A DNA stretch of 64,000 nt, from assembly GCA_965644265.1 (NCBI GenBank), contig OZ286461.1:44082001-44146000 (forward strand), in the 5' to 3' direction. Below the pieces are notes generated by a model. That model was not told the DNA's origin and did not search any database. It saw only the letters and a list, made by a program, of their open reading frames with translations. This document shows positions 1-14,200 of this stretch, piece by piece; the stretch's first letter is position 1; every line of letters begins with the position of its first letter. Origin of the DNA: Glycera tridactyla (taxonomy: Eukaryota). The position numbers and the translations under genes were made by a program.

Positions 1-2203
1 ACAACAAAGCAAGCAAGATATGAAAACAAGACAAGCTACAGTAGCTCCATGCAATGTCTTACATATGTGGTGAAACCAGATGGTTCCTCCGGATTTCTTA
101 ACTGATCAGTGTGAAGAGATCAGCCGCACCAAGAAATAACAGAAGAACAATGAAGCAATAATTAATAACTGGATGCACACACACAATCATTCCATTTGCA
201 AACACAGATTGTCATAATATACCATGTAAGTGTGTCTCCAGAACACCAGCGTCTGCTAAATTCAGGAGTGGGATATTCCAAACAGAAATGGATGGAAGAG
301 TGGAGAGGTAGCCAACTTGGTATTCAGAGTTGAGTCATCAAAACTCATATCATCGCCCACCCACCTTCCCCATATTTGAGAAAGTTTATGCTACTTCCCT
401 CTGATTCAGGACAGCACTTTTAATTGTCTCTTCCATAATGTTCTGATATAAATAGTTGATTTGGGGATGCAAGGGGGAATCACAGCAAAAGTGGGCGAGT
501 TCCGCCTCAAATCTCTGGTAAACTCTGTACCTGAGGGAGAGTACTTGATTCCAGCTTGCATGTTGAGAGGAGCAATCAACATGAAGCTATTTCGTACAAA
601 ATCTCGATTTTTATGTTCAGTTTTTCTAATAGAACCATGTATTCCTGAATTCTACATACACATGCATGAAACACAAAATTATCCTGTTAAAACTAGTCAT
701 AGCCTTCATATATTATTATTATTCATTGCGTAGCACCTGAGTGAGCATTCCCAAATCACATGCTTGCTAGATTTATTAGTTGTCTACATATACCATATGC
801 CAATGTTCAGTCTATATCACAGGCAATAGTAGTTCCCGAGTGCACAGACATATAATGCAGCAATATGAGGACTCTGGGCATACCAAAGTTCCTAGTTCAT
901 CTCCATTGTGTAGATCAAATGAATCGTCTGACATCAAGGAATGTTCACAGACAATATCATCTGTGAAGTTTATTCATTCCGAGTCCAAATAATTTCAGTT
1001 TTCTGCGGTAAAGAACAGGAAGCTATGAGTGAATTCAGTAGGTGCTTTCAACAAGCCAGCTGCAAACTACATATCATCAAAGTTTAAGCATCTATCACTG
1101 AATTTGATAAATTGCCAATTCATCTCACAATACATTCAAAATACTGTCAAGAGTCACTTTCGAATCAGATATTGTAGCATGAATGCCATGCTAACTGATT
1201 TTGTATGTGGCATACAAAATGCCAAATGATTGATGTAAGAGCCTTTCCATTTTTTAAATGCAAGAGGGAGTGGGAGGTTGGAGAAAGTGTGACCTCCACC
1301 TGGGAATTCTATGGCACTGCCACCCCCTGAATTGTGGATTTTTGTATGGAGAAGTCGAGACAGGTTTGGACTCAACCCTCGGAAAGTCCAATCTTACCTA
1401 TCTTATTTATGCAACAACCCTAGGCCCCAGAACTAATGCGTCATGTTCACAAATCAATTAATTGTATCAATAGGACAAACTTAATCACAAACCAAAATCA
1501 ACAATTAAGGGACTGTCTCAATTCAGTTCAGTTATCATTTGAATTTGAAAGATTTCACTGGTTCTCACCAATTTCTGAACGACAGGCTGTCTTGGTGAGG
1601 AATAAGTATCAGTGAGATTGAACCATGCAGTGAAATTATCCGAAATCAGGTCTCAGAAACATGGAAAGCAGTTATAAAATATGCAAATGAACTGTACTTT
1701 ACACTGAAAGCCAACACATTTGATATCAGAATGGGGTTCAGAAACGTTGGATAAAGATGAAAGATATAGTGTTGAATGATCTGCAGATAGAATGGGCAAT
1801 AAGTTGGCAATCACACACACAACTACATTAGATATTTGATACGTCACAGTAATACCCACAGCTAATGGATTCCATGTTATCAAGCCGACAGTAATCACAA
1901 GATCTCGGAGACACAAATTCCTGATCAGATTTCAGATCTCCATAACTGCTCATACTTCTGCTTTGAATCGATCCAAAAGATCCTCAGAGATAGTAAGAAA
2001 TATCAACCAAAATGATGGAAAAGGATAGAATCCCTTTAATGTTTCTACTACAGTGGCATGGTTCAGAATCGATATTGTAATGGAAAACAATATTCGAGTT
2101 GATCCGAGTAATACTGCGAGATTACGGGAACCATGCCAGAAACGATACTTGGGAGTAGAATGACATAGAGGGTGAAATGTGGATGAGGGATTAGTATACT
2201 TAC

Positions 2204-5200
2204 ATTGACCTGGCTAAGTTGAAGGTCGGGCAGGAAAGGCTTGGGAAAGAACAATGCACGGAGACTGACAGGACTACACCAAGGAATCACAACCTTAAAA
2301 CAGATGAAACAGTCAACAAATATAGAAAACACTGAATATCTTCCCATGATAGGAGTCGATGACAAAATCTCGATGACTCATCAAAACATCCAATTTGGTC
2401 AGTGAAAATTTAAGCTATTTGGGCATATCAATGACAAAATCTCAATGACTCATCAAAACATCCAATTTGGTCAGTGAAAATTTAAGCTATTTGGACATAT
2501 TACTGATCGATCATGAAACCTTCAATCCACAGTTGTATTATGTTTCATTTCATTGATCAATTCCTTTAACACAACAGAGAGATTGAAATCAGATTCTGCT
2601 TTCCATTCAGAACAGTTCTAGTTATCTGTGTATGGATTCTCCAGAATTACTGAAACAATTAGTGAAGTATTGGCAGGGTCCCAGTCTGCACATCATTTTA
2701 TGCAAGTTACCATTTGTGGGCCAGCTGTTTTTCAAAGAAAATCTATGAGAACAATAATCAACATTACCGAACAAACCCTGTGGGACTCCTCTTGTAATTG
2801 ACATACCGCAACATAATATAGCACGAACCTTGGTGCATTGAGTCCTATCCATCAAGTACGATTGTATCCAGACATGACCTTATTACCTCGTATCCCATAA
2901 TCAATGAAATAAGATACATAAAAACTCATGTATGGAAGCCCACAGAAAATGCAGTATAAAGACTAGTGATAAGAATTGAAATACCCACTTACCCCAAGCA
3001 CAAACATAGTATTAAGCATGTAGGCAAGAGTTCGTTGAAGGTAGTTGTTCCATCGCCAAAAGAAGTAGCGGGTACTTGTCTCTCTGACCGTATACTTCTC
3101 CACAGAGAAGTAAGTCTGCAAAAGTGTTGATGAGTTGCAGTGACAATTCTTGAAAGAAAACATTTCTGTATCCTAAGATCCCGCATACAGTCGAACCTGC
3201 TCTAAAGACCACCTCTCTATAAAGACCACCTGAGCTGTGACCGTGGTAGTATTTTCAACAGTAAATGACCTCTCTATAAAGACCACCTGCCCATAAAGAC
3301 CGCTCTTTGATGCGATCGAAGGCGGTCTTTATAGACAGGTTCGACTGTACTTTATTTGAGGATGCTGCTAATGCTACATCTCTCTATCATATGAAGAACC
3401 CTTGTCCCTTATCGGAGGTTGCAGCTGTCACAAATGGGAGATGTCCGAGGAGAGATGTGAAAATTCCAATGTGAGTGTCTTTTGAGCGATTCAAATTTTA
3501 GAATTGACATTTACTGAAGCATAGTGGGGCTCTACATTTACTTTTTTCAGCTATCCTTTGAGCAGATTCAGTGGGATTTCCACCTGACCTCCCCTACATT
3601 TTCACCGACCCTCCTGCATATAATCATAGGTTAAATAATGGATAATCCAGATAAGAACAACAGAAGCTTTGTATATTATTGAATTCCTACATACTATGGA
3701 CAGAGTTAATGGGCCGGGTCAATTTCAGCTCTCAACACATTCAAACTCACAAATGAAAAATATCTTCTTTTCCCTCAACATTACCCAATTATTTGAGTTG
3801 AAAGATGAAAATAATGCTACACGTTGTTCTCTAACTACAGTGAAGCCTGCTATGAGAGACCACCCTGAATGCAAAGACAAACTGCCCTTATATGAGGTGT
3901 AAGGTACAAAGAGAGACCACCCTAAATGCCATCAAAAACTGACTTTCAAAAGAAATACATTTGAATCTGCCATATAAAAAAAGTCGCTCTGAAAAAGTGG
4001 TCTACTGTCGGAGGTGCTCACTTTGGGGGTCTTTCAACGCAGGTTTCACGGTATTTTTCACTATGTCGAATAGACAAAGGGATTATGGATGATGGTCTAA
4101 CAACAGAGATGGTTTCACATCAGGGGGGTCTCTCATGGCAGGTTTGACTGCATTAATGCACATGTATACCAAATTTTAAGAATGTAGGTGAAATATCAAA
4201 TGAGTGAGGCCTCAAAGAATAACTTTGACCACAAAGTTTATGCTCCATGATGGTAAAGACGGATAGATGGACAGAGCCGACAGACGGACAGAAGGACAGA
4301 TGAAACAAAACAGACACACCAAAGCATCATTACACTCAATTTTGCTTTGAATGTGACCCAAAAATCGACCACTACTCCAAAATTATAATGGGTGGCATCT
4401 CTGGGACTGATAATTTGTAAGTTCAAAATCAATGCAACAGTGATTCCTCAAAGCATGTACACTCACATCACTGGCTTCCTGGTGACGGACGATTGCGGTA
4501 TTTGGTGTATCAACAATCACTGTTGGAATAATCTCTGTTTCTCCAGCATAATGGCGTTTGATGATCCACTTGTGAGGAAACCATATCCGCTTTCGAAAAG
4601 AGTAGCGTCGCTTTGGGATCTTCACTTTCCCCAATTCTTTCTGCAATACTGGGTCTCTCTGGAGTCAAAAATGGGACAGTTGGAGAATAGCAGATTCATC
4701 ACATATGAGCAATAAATATGTACTAATACCTTTCAAACAGATCAGCAGCCAAATCTCTCAGAGATTTCTAGTAGAACTTTTATCAAGCAACTACTGTATT
4801 CAGAAACAAATTGTCTTAAGCAGCCACTTGCTGATTTCTCACTTAAGTATTTTTCACAATAATTTACCTGTGTTAAGCATCCACCTACCGTAAGACACCA
4901 ACTTTTGGTTTCACAATGGTGGTTGCTAAATACAGGTGATGCTGTATATATTCCAGATGTTCTACAGTAAACTAAGTTATCATCAAGTCAACTTTAACAT
5001 CTAGTTGACATCAGCATGTGTGATGTCCAAACTAGAGATTCATGTCTAAAACACTTCTGCAATTAATTACCACCACAATCAATAGGGCTATTCCATTAAA
5101 AAACACACGGGTGCCAGTCTGGAAAAAATTTGACCCTCCCCCACCCCCGCTTTTTGATTTTTTAGTGACCCCACTCCCCCCTCCCGCTTTTTCATTTTTC

Positions 5201-8200
5201 ACCCCCACTTTTGGAAAGCGCCCCGCCACCCTGCTTTCTCATTCAACACCACCAAGTGGCGTGGGCGGGAACCAGGCTAGACGTACGAAAATGAGGCAGA
5301 GAGATGACAAAAACGCAGATTTTCTCAAATATTAACATTATTCTGAGGATTAATCGCAATTTCCGGGAATCGGCTAGCATTCTATCCCAAATAACCATGC
5401 TTAACGAAAATATTCGCGCCAGAATTGAACGAGTTTCCAACATGGCAGCCTCCTTGCTGCCCACGTGTTTCTCAATTCACCGACGAGAAAAGTCGATATC
5501 CATCGTATTTTTTTATGAATACCATTTTTCTGTCGATAAATCGCCATTTTCGTGCTTTACCAGCAATATTATGGCATTCCATCGCGAGAATCCATGATCA
5601 ACCAGAACAGAAAAATTGAACGAGTTCCCAAGATGGTGGCTTCTTTCCCGAACATTTTTCTATCATCATCCACCCCCCACTTTTCGCATTTCCCCGATTA
5701 TCGACCTCACTTCCGATTTCTTTAGAGACCCCCCACCCCGGTTTTTGGTTTCTCAGGGACCCCCCACCCCGTTTTTTGGTTTCTCAGGGACCACCCCGTT
5801 TTTTGGTTTCTCAGGGACCCCCCCAACCCCGCTTTTTCATATTGCTTCCAGACCGCCCCCCGTGTGTTTTTTACGGGAAAAGTCCTTATCCTATCTGACT
5901 TTTTCAGTGGTTGCATAGGCATGTTATCCAAATATTACTGTAAAGCTCCTAATTTTGAATGATTCCCCACTTTCAAATTGAGCGATCATTGATGTCTACA
6001 TAAGAGGATCTGAGGCACTCACATCCCTCATGAAGATGAGATCTCTCTGGAGAAAGTAGACTGCTTGGTCAAGAGACTGTTGACGACAAATCTCAATCGC
6101 CTCTTCATGCGCAGCCCACTGGTTTTGAGCAATGAATTCGGTCTACAAACAAAGATTTTCATGTATAAGAAAATTCACACTTTTTCAATAATTCTCTTCA
6201 CGTAAATCAGAGGTTTTTTCATAGGCATCTCATAATTCAGATCAGATATGCAGGTTCACACAATTGGCAGTCCAAGTAATTAGCCAAGTGATTCGAGAAC
6301 CGACTCCTTCTTTTAATCCTAGTCACAGACTATGACCTAAAAAAAAGCAAAATTCCAGGCATGTCGACTAGATGCACAATTTTGCCTCTTCTCCACAAAT
6401 TGTTCTCTGCTTGGATTATTTCAACACTTAATGCCTGAAAAATCAACTCTTGAGATCTGCAGAACAATTCATATCACTGAATCACTTACTAATGAATGCC
6501 TTGACCTACCCAATACACCATATTAAATATTGTTTATAACTCATAGAAATATATGCACCATTTGTTTAAAAATTCTACTAAACTGGATCCTACCTGAAAT
6601 GCTTGAAGTTTCTCATTCTTCCAAGCACGAATACGAGATCGGACAGGATAGGCTTTCACAAGATGATCTTCCAGCTACAACCATAGATTACATGTTACAT
6701 AGACAATCCATATAAATACTGCTCGGCTCATGTCTTTCCACCTGCTCTACTGAAGGCTTGTTCAAATGTCATTCAGGGGCACATAGATTTCTCGCAATCA
6801 CATAGGAAGAAATGTGTTTTCAAGACATTTTCAATTTTTACAGTGAAACCTACGATGAGACCACCATAAATGTCACCAAAGAGTGGTCTCTCAAAAGAGG
6901 ATCTCGTGCCCTGCAGAAGCAGACTTGTGTTGGAGCTGATCTCTCATCAGAGGTCCGACGGTAGTCATTACAATTCAAGATTTAGCAAATATTTGATTCC
7001 AACAACCGAGTGCAGCCGAAGTCATCAATTTCATTACTGGGATATGATAGGTACAGGCTGAAATCAGACCTTGAAATCAGAGGGGCAGAGTGGAAAAGCA
7101 TCCGCCCCCCCTCCCCACCCCACCCACCCACCCACATGGGGATTTTCCAGAGGCCCACCTACTCCTGAATTCATAATAGAGACATAATTATTCCCCCCTG
7201 AATTTTTAATGCTCCTTCCAATACCAAAGTCCAAATAGTATATTGAATGATCTGGAACATTCCCGTAGCAGAAAAGATCTCAGAGAGCCGATGACTTACA
7301 TCTTTTTTGTGCGAGGACATCATCTGGCGGAGATTCTCGGCAGCCTTCGATGCAGCCAGTGAAGCCTTAGCCTGCTGTACCAACAGGTGACCTGCAAGTA
7401 TCACGTACAAATTAGCCATTTCAAAGGACACACTTGAAGATGCATGAATTGGTCCAATGGGTGATTACCATGATCCTATATGCCTACCAACTGGACAGCT
7501 AGCATCCACTGAGGTTGTCAATGACCTTGAGCTACCACGCAGGCAATTTCACCAGGGCAAAATGTTACAATAAATCTCCAGGACTGCTGAAACTGGATCC
7601 AACAGGTCATACCTATGCAGTATACTGTATACATCCAGCTCTATGGGTTGAGCATATTTCATTCCACTTACATGTGTTTTATATCATGCAGCTCATCTGT
7701 TGACACTGAGCTTAATTGCACAGCCTAGGAATATTGAAGATTAAAATAAATACAGTTGAACCTCTCTATAAAGACTACCTCCATATAAAGACCCCTTTTT
7801 TATGCGAGCTAAGGCAGTCTTTATCGAGAGGTTCGGCTCTATAAGAATTGGAACTAATTTTGAGTGTACTCACCTATATGTGGTTGTAAGTTTTCCAAGT
7901 CTTCACTGCTCTCTATAGCAATAAAGACACGTCGGATGTATTCATCGAAGATTCTTGTGATCACAAGCTACAATATGAGACACATAAAATACTGTAACAC
8001 AATTGTGTGGTGATTAATCAATGATGTCTCAAGGAGGGATATTCCTAGGCTGTGCAATTAAGCTCAGTGTCAACAGATGAGCTGCATGATATAAAACATC
8101 CATAGGTAATAATGATAATTGTTCCTTGATGAAGCAACAAACATATATTCCTACATGAAAATCAAACACAGAAACTGTGTATACTATGGTATTCAGGGAT

Positions 8201-11200
8201 TTATCTATTTCAAACCATTCCATCTTGAAAAGGTATCAGAAAAAAAACTACATTTCAGATTTCAAGTCAGAATGTGTCTGATTAGTGACCATATCTGAAG
8301 TCTTTCAATTTGATACCATCAGCATTTGAAACCCCCCTAGGATGATATGTAAACAATAATCAAGTACAATACATCTAAATTTACTCACTTCAACTATCTC
8401 CTGGTGGGATAAATTCTCATCTGAAAGAGACAACAATTCTATTTCAGAAACAAATCTTTGGATATCCATGAGATCATTTTCAAACCCCTCTGCCATTGCC
8501 CCATGTATTCTGAGAAAAATAACACATATCGAGCTCAAGTGATCAGATGTATTCATTGTGAAACACTTCTACAATGAGAAAGGAAGGTCAGTAAAATTCC
8601 GAGCAGGAAACTGATATGTGCTGTGGAAATTAATTCCTGAACTGTCCCCATTCGAAGGATCATCTGCGAAATGTATTTATCTCATTAATCCTACTTCACA
8701 ATATGATTTCCGGCAGGATAAAATGGGAGCTACATGGTCATAATGCTCTCACAAAATGGTGTCAGCTGGTCTGATTGCAAGTAAAAAATGTCTGTGACAA
8801 TTTACTGCTTCACTGGACAGTGAATAAATCTCTGGGAATTTTGTATGGAAAAGAGGAAAGACCAGAGGTTCTACCAGTATTTCAATATTCACCTGAAGAT
8901 ATGCACAAAACCTACTTTCAAAACAACAATAATCTTGTCAAAATTTGCATTATGATTAGTCCCAATTACCCTCACTTCACCCCAGTTGGTGCTGCTAAAA
9001 TTCATGAATACATTCAGCATACTAACCTTTCACTTCTGTAAGAATCTTGTCCTTGAACTTGATATACCAAGTTTTGGCTTCCCTTTCAAGTATGTCTTTC
9101 AAGATCACACTACATTTATCCATCAGATCTGTAAACAGAACAATCAGGATGAACAGTGCTTCCTGTGACAATTCCTCGATATTAAGTTGAGTGATCCATC
9201 ACGGAATCAGTCTAGTGGGTCCAGTTGACCTCGCAGGGTTGCTACTCATTTCTAAGTAAGGATATGATTTTGTTCCAGCAAAGGGTCACATCTTTGAGTG
9301 ACAGAATTTGGCAAACTATATTTTCTTCAGCCAAGACTGGTTACATTTATGAACAATCAACAGTGCGCTTACCAGACAGAGTACATAATGTTACTGTACC
9401 GAAAACATTTGCTTCATTATCTGCCATGAAAACCTGAACAGAACTTACTGAAAGGTCCTATTTGTGATAATGATGTCTTTGGCATTGAAGTATCAGTTGT
9501 CATTTCACCAGACTACTTTGGGTAATCCAAATTGATTTGCAATCCACATATAAAATCCATGAGTGATTATTTTTTCTGATTTTGAAATTGAAATTGGAGG
9601 TCCAGTATTGAATGTACACAATCTTGTCTGTCATGGTTGCCCATCTAAGTATGAGCTCTACTGCTCAATGTATGATAAAAATTGTGGAGAAAGACCTACA
9701 GCCAGAGACCAACTCTGATGAGAGACCTCTTTTTCAGGGTAGCTTTTCTATTTGACATTGTCAAATGTACCTCAGGTAAGGGACCACCTCTTTCATGACC
9801 GCTGTTTCACTGTATGACAACACAGTATGCCAATCTTCAATTTGTAGTAGTATTATTGACTATGTACACTGATATACAAACAGCTTTACTTGATAACAAA
9901 GACCTACCTTTGCTGAAGAGCCGTAGATCAATTTCTTGACCTTTAGGTGTTTGAAATCGATAAGGAACTGGTGGTGGGCGTATATCAGCTGTCTGAAATG
10001 GAAAATACAAATGAAATGGTCAATATGACTCACCATCTATAGCCTCCATAGCTACAGATATTTTCCATGTATTCATTGCAGAAAAAATTCACATCCTAAT
10101 CCCAACAATAGATTGATATCAGATTCTAAACATAGCCTTCACTGAAGGCGGACCTCGTCTCAACGAAGCCAACTCGAATGCCTCAAATATATGTAACACA
10201 TAGATAACCCAACTCATGCTGTGGAAATCAATTTTCAAACAAAGGTTGGATCTATCAGCTGATGCTCATCAGAAGTCACGTCTGGTTCACATTTACATTT
10301 TTGTCCCCAAAATCAAGCAAGGTTGTCATCAGTCCCCATCCATTGCAGGCATTTGTGAAAGAATGCTATGAAAGGCATCTGTGTCAAGTTTAGTGTGTGG
10401 CTAGGGGCAGCAACAATCTTTAGGAAAAATCCATTTCTGAAAATCCACTTTTGTCCCAAAAATCGATCAGCATTGTCAGGAACCCTGATCCCTTGCTGGC
10501 ATTCATTAGAGAATGATATAAATTGCATCTGTATCAAGTTTGGAGTGGCTACGGACAGCCAACATCTTTAGAAAAATCCATTTCTGAAAAAACAATTTTC
10601 ACCCCAAAACCAACCAGGCCTGTTGGGAGACCCCATCTATGGCTAGCATTCATTAGGGAATGATGTCAAGTACATCTTTACCAAGTATGCTGTGGCTACG
10701 GACAGCCAACATCTTCAGAAAAATCCATTTCTGAAAAAGCAATTTTCACCCCAAACACAACCAGTCCTGTTGGGAGACCCCATCTATGGCTAGCATTCAT
10801 TAGGAAATGCTATTAAGTACATCTGTACCAAGTATGGTGCGGCTATGGACAGCCACTTTCTTTAGAGAAATCCTTTTCTGAAAAACCAATTTTCACCCCC
10901 AAACCCACCAGGCCTAATGGGAGACCCCATCAATGGCTAGCATTCATTAGGGAATTCTATTAAGTACATCTGTACCAAGTATGATGCGGCTATGGCCAGC
11001 GACCTTCTTTAGAAAATTCCATTTCTGAAAAAGCGATTTTCACCCCAAAACCAACCAGGCCTGTTGGGAGACCCCATCTATGGCTAGCATTCAACAGGGA
11101 ATGCTATGAACTACATCCATGCTAAGTTTGCTGAGGCTACAGACAGCCAACATCTTCAGGAAAATCCATTTCTGAAAAAGCAATTTTCACCCCAAAACCA

Positions 11201-14200
11201 ACCAGGCCTAATGGGAGACCCTATTTATGGCTAGCATTCATTAGGGAATGCTATTAAGTACATCTGTACCAAGTATGGTGTTGCTATGAACAGCCACCTT
11301 CTTTAGAAAAGTCCATTTCTGAAGAAGCAATTTTCACCCCAAAACCAACCAGGCCTGTTAGGAGACCCCATCTATGGCAAGCGTCCATGAGGGAATGCTA
11401 TGAATTACATCCATGCCAAGTTTGCTGAGACTACAGACAGCCAACATCTTCAGGAAAATCCATTTCTGAAAAAACAATTTTCACCCCAAAACCAACCAGG
11501 CCTGTTGGGAGACCCCATCAATGGCTAGCATTCACTAGGGAATGCTATCAAGTACATCTGTACCAAGTATGGTGTGGCTATGAACAGCCACCTTCTTTAG
11601 AAAAATCCGTTTCTGAAAAAAGCAATTTTCACCCCAAAACCAACCAGGCCTGTTAGGAGACCCCATCTATGGCAAGCATCCATGAGGGAATGCTATGAAC
11701 TACATCCATGCTAAGTTTGCTGAGGCTACAGACAGCCAACATCTTCAGGAAAATCCATTTCTGAAAAAAACAATTTTCACCCCAAAACCAACCAGGCCTG
11801 TTGGGAGACCCCATCTATGGCTAGCATTCATTAGGGAATGATGTCAAGTACATCTGTATCAAGGATGCTGTGGCTACGGACAGTCAACATCTTCAGAAAA
11901 ATCCATTTCTGAAAAAGCAATTTTCACCCCAAACACAACCAGTCCTGTTGGGAGACCCCATCTATGGCTAGCATTCATTAGGAAATGCTATTAAGTACAT
12001 CAGTACCAAGTATGATGTGGCTATGGACAGCCATTTTCTTTAGAGAAATCCTTTTCTGAAAAACCAATTTTCACCCCAGACTCACCAGGCCTAATGGGAG
12101 ACTCCATCAATGGCTAGCATTCATTAGGGAATTCTATCAAGTACATCTGTACCAAGTATGATGCGGCTATGGCCAGCGACCTTCTTTAGAAAATTCCATT
12201 TCTGAAAAAGCGATTTTCACCCCAAAACCAACCAGGCCAGTTGGGAGCCCCCATCTATGGCTAGCATTCAACAGGGAATGCTATGAACCACATCCATGCT
12301 AAGTTTGCTGAGGCTACAGACAGCCAACATCTTCAGGAAAATCCATTTCTGAAACAACAATTTTCACCCCAAAACCAACCAGGCCTGTTGGGAGACCCCA
12401 TCAATCAGGGTCTTAGCCAGCCACAGAAGATAGGGTGTCCAATTTTTTCCTGATCGAGAAAATTAACGCGGTCGACCTTTTTCTAGAACCAAAAAAATAA
12501 CGCGGTCGACCTTTTTCTAGAACTACAAAAATTAATGCAGACAATGAATTCCTGTTAACTTAAATACTACATGAAATAAGGATTTCTCAAATATACTATG
12601 CTAACCTGACCTTTGTTTGATCAATTTACAGATGAAGACTATTACATATTTGACAGAAGCAGACCCAACTAATAGACAGATTTACAGATTTATGTACAAA
12701 TCTTTATTGCCACATAAGATCACAGAATCACATATAGGTGGTACACATTAATATATGGTGAGTCTGATAACATTAACAGGATAATAACAGCTTCAAACAG
12801 ACTGACCTAAATTTTGCTGCAGTAATTGCAATAAACTTTTTCCCACATGATAATCACTAAGAGTGCACCAGAGTCAATAAACTGGGGATAAACATATGAC
12901 CATGTTGCAATTTGGCAAGGCATTGGCCATAGAAATATCAATTGAACCATGTTGGGTTGGAGAGTGCAGTGAAGTTGATCAATGAAAGATAATTTTACAC
13001 AGTTGATGTCAAGGCATTGACCATGAAAATATCACATAAAACATCTTTTGTTAAGAGTGGTTGCTATGGAGTAAATGGATGAAAATGAAAATCACATACT
13101 ATGCTTAGACATCATTAGAATAAATGAATAAAAGATGGCAACATGACTAGACTAGGTATTGGTTATGAAATATCATGTATATCACATAAAAGCATATTTG
13201 ATTGAGGTGAAATCACTGAAATGAAAATGACCATGTTGTGGATGGCAAGGTATTTGCTATGAGAATATCACATGAAACTATATTTGGTTGGCGTGAGAAC
13301 ATTGAAATATATGACCATGTTGCAATAGGGCAAGGCATTGGCCATGGAAATGAGACAAAATAGGCTGGGTTGGAGGGTACACTGAAGTCAATAAATGGAA
13401 AGATGAAATCAGAATGAGAGCATTTATAACCTTCTTGGATTTTGTAAGAAATTTTCAAGGGCCAGGTCAAAGTTGAATTTGTCAAGGGGGACATTGGCAT
13501 AAGAAATGCGAATCAGCCGATCTAGTGTTACTAGTTCCATCTGAACTCTGGCACGTGATTTGATGCGATTCTGGCAGGAGAACACTCTCTCTGCCTCAGC
13601 ATTTCCAACCAAAACACAAAGACATAAGGTAAACAACTTAAAGAGCTCCTTGAAAATTCTCCTATTCTGGTGGTTCATGCCACCAAACATGGCCTCCAGC
13701 AACTGAGCGGGACGTCTCTTGTGTGTGACTCCATCAGCATCAACCTCCTGAATCCGAAGGTTGAAAACCTCTCGCTTGAAAGGAAGAAATTCTCCCAAAC
13801 ACTCATCCCTGCTAACAAGTGGGGCGAAAACCCTACCATCCCGGTTTGTTTGCCTACTGCCATAGTGATTCAATAATACATTGAGATGATCATATCCCCA
13901 GAATGCCAAATGAGTGTCATCATCTCCATATGCAGCTGGATCGAAAATCTGCATGGCTGTCAAAAGCTCGACATTGGGGAAACGAGCATCCAAATTGGCC
14001 AATAGCTTATCAAGTACCGCATGTTTATTTCGAATAAACATAGTTTGCTGGTCAACCAACTGCCCACGTCTGGGTTTATTCTTTAGCTGGACACCACAGT
14101 ACTCACCATTCTTTTCATGTAGCTCATCTGTGAGTTTGGACATATATGTGCCATGTTCATCATACATCAGTCTCAAGTTTCCCTTGCAGTTCTCAAGTTT

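Noticed and set aside
1653-1916. Hydrophobic minus-strand ORF as the next exon of the uncharacterised gene
   Set aside because: No suitable in-phase acceptor/donor pair was found.
9373-9433. Candidate exon VFMADNEANVFGTVTLCTLS with good AG/GT flanks
   Set aside because: The flanking exons 9908-9992 and 9027-9128 join directly in phase (LFSK|DLMDK); including it in the main frame introduces a stop.
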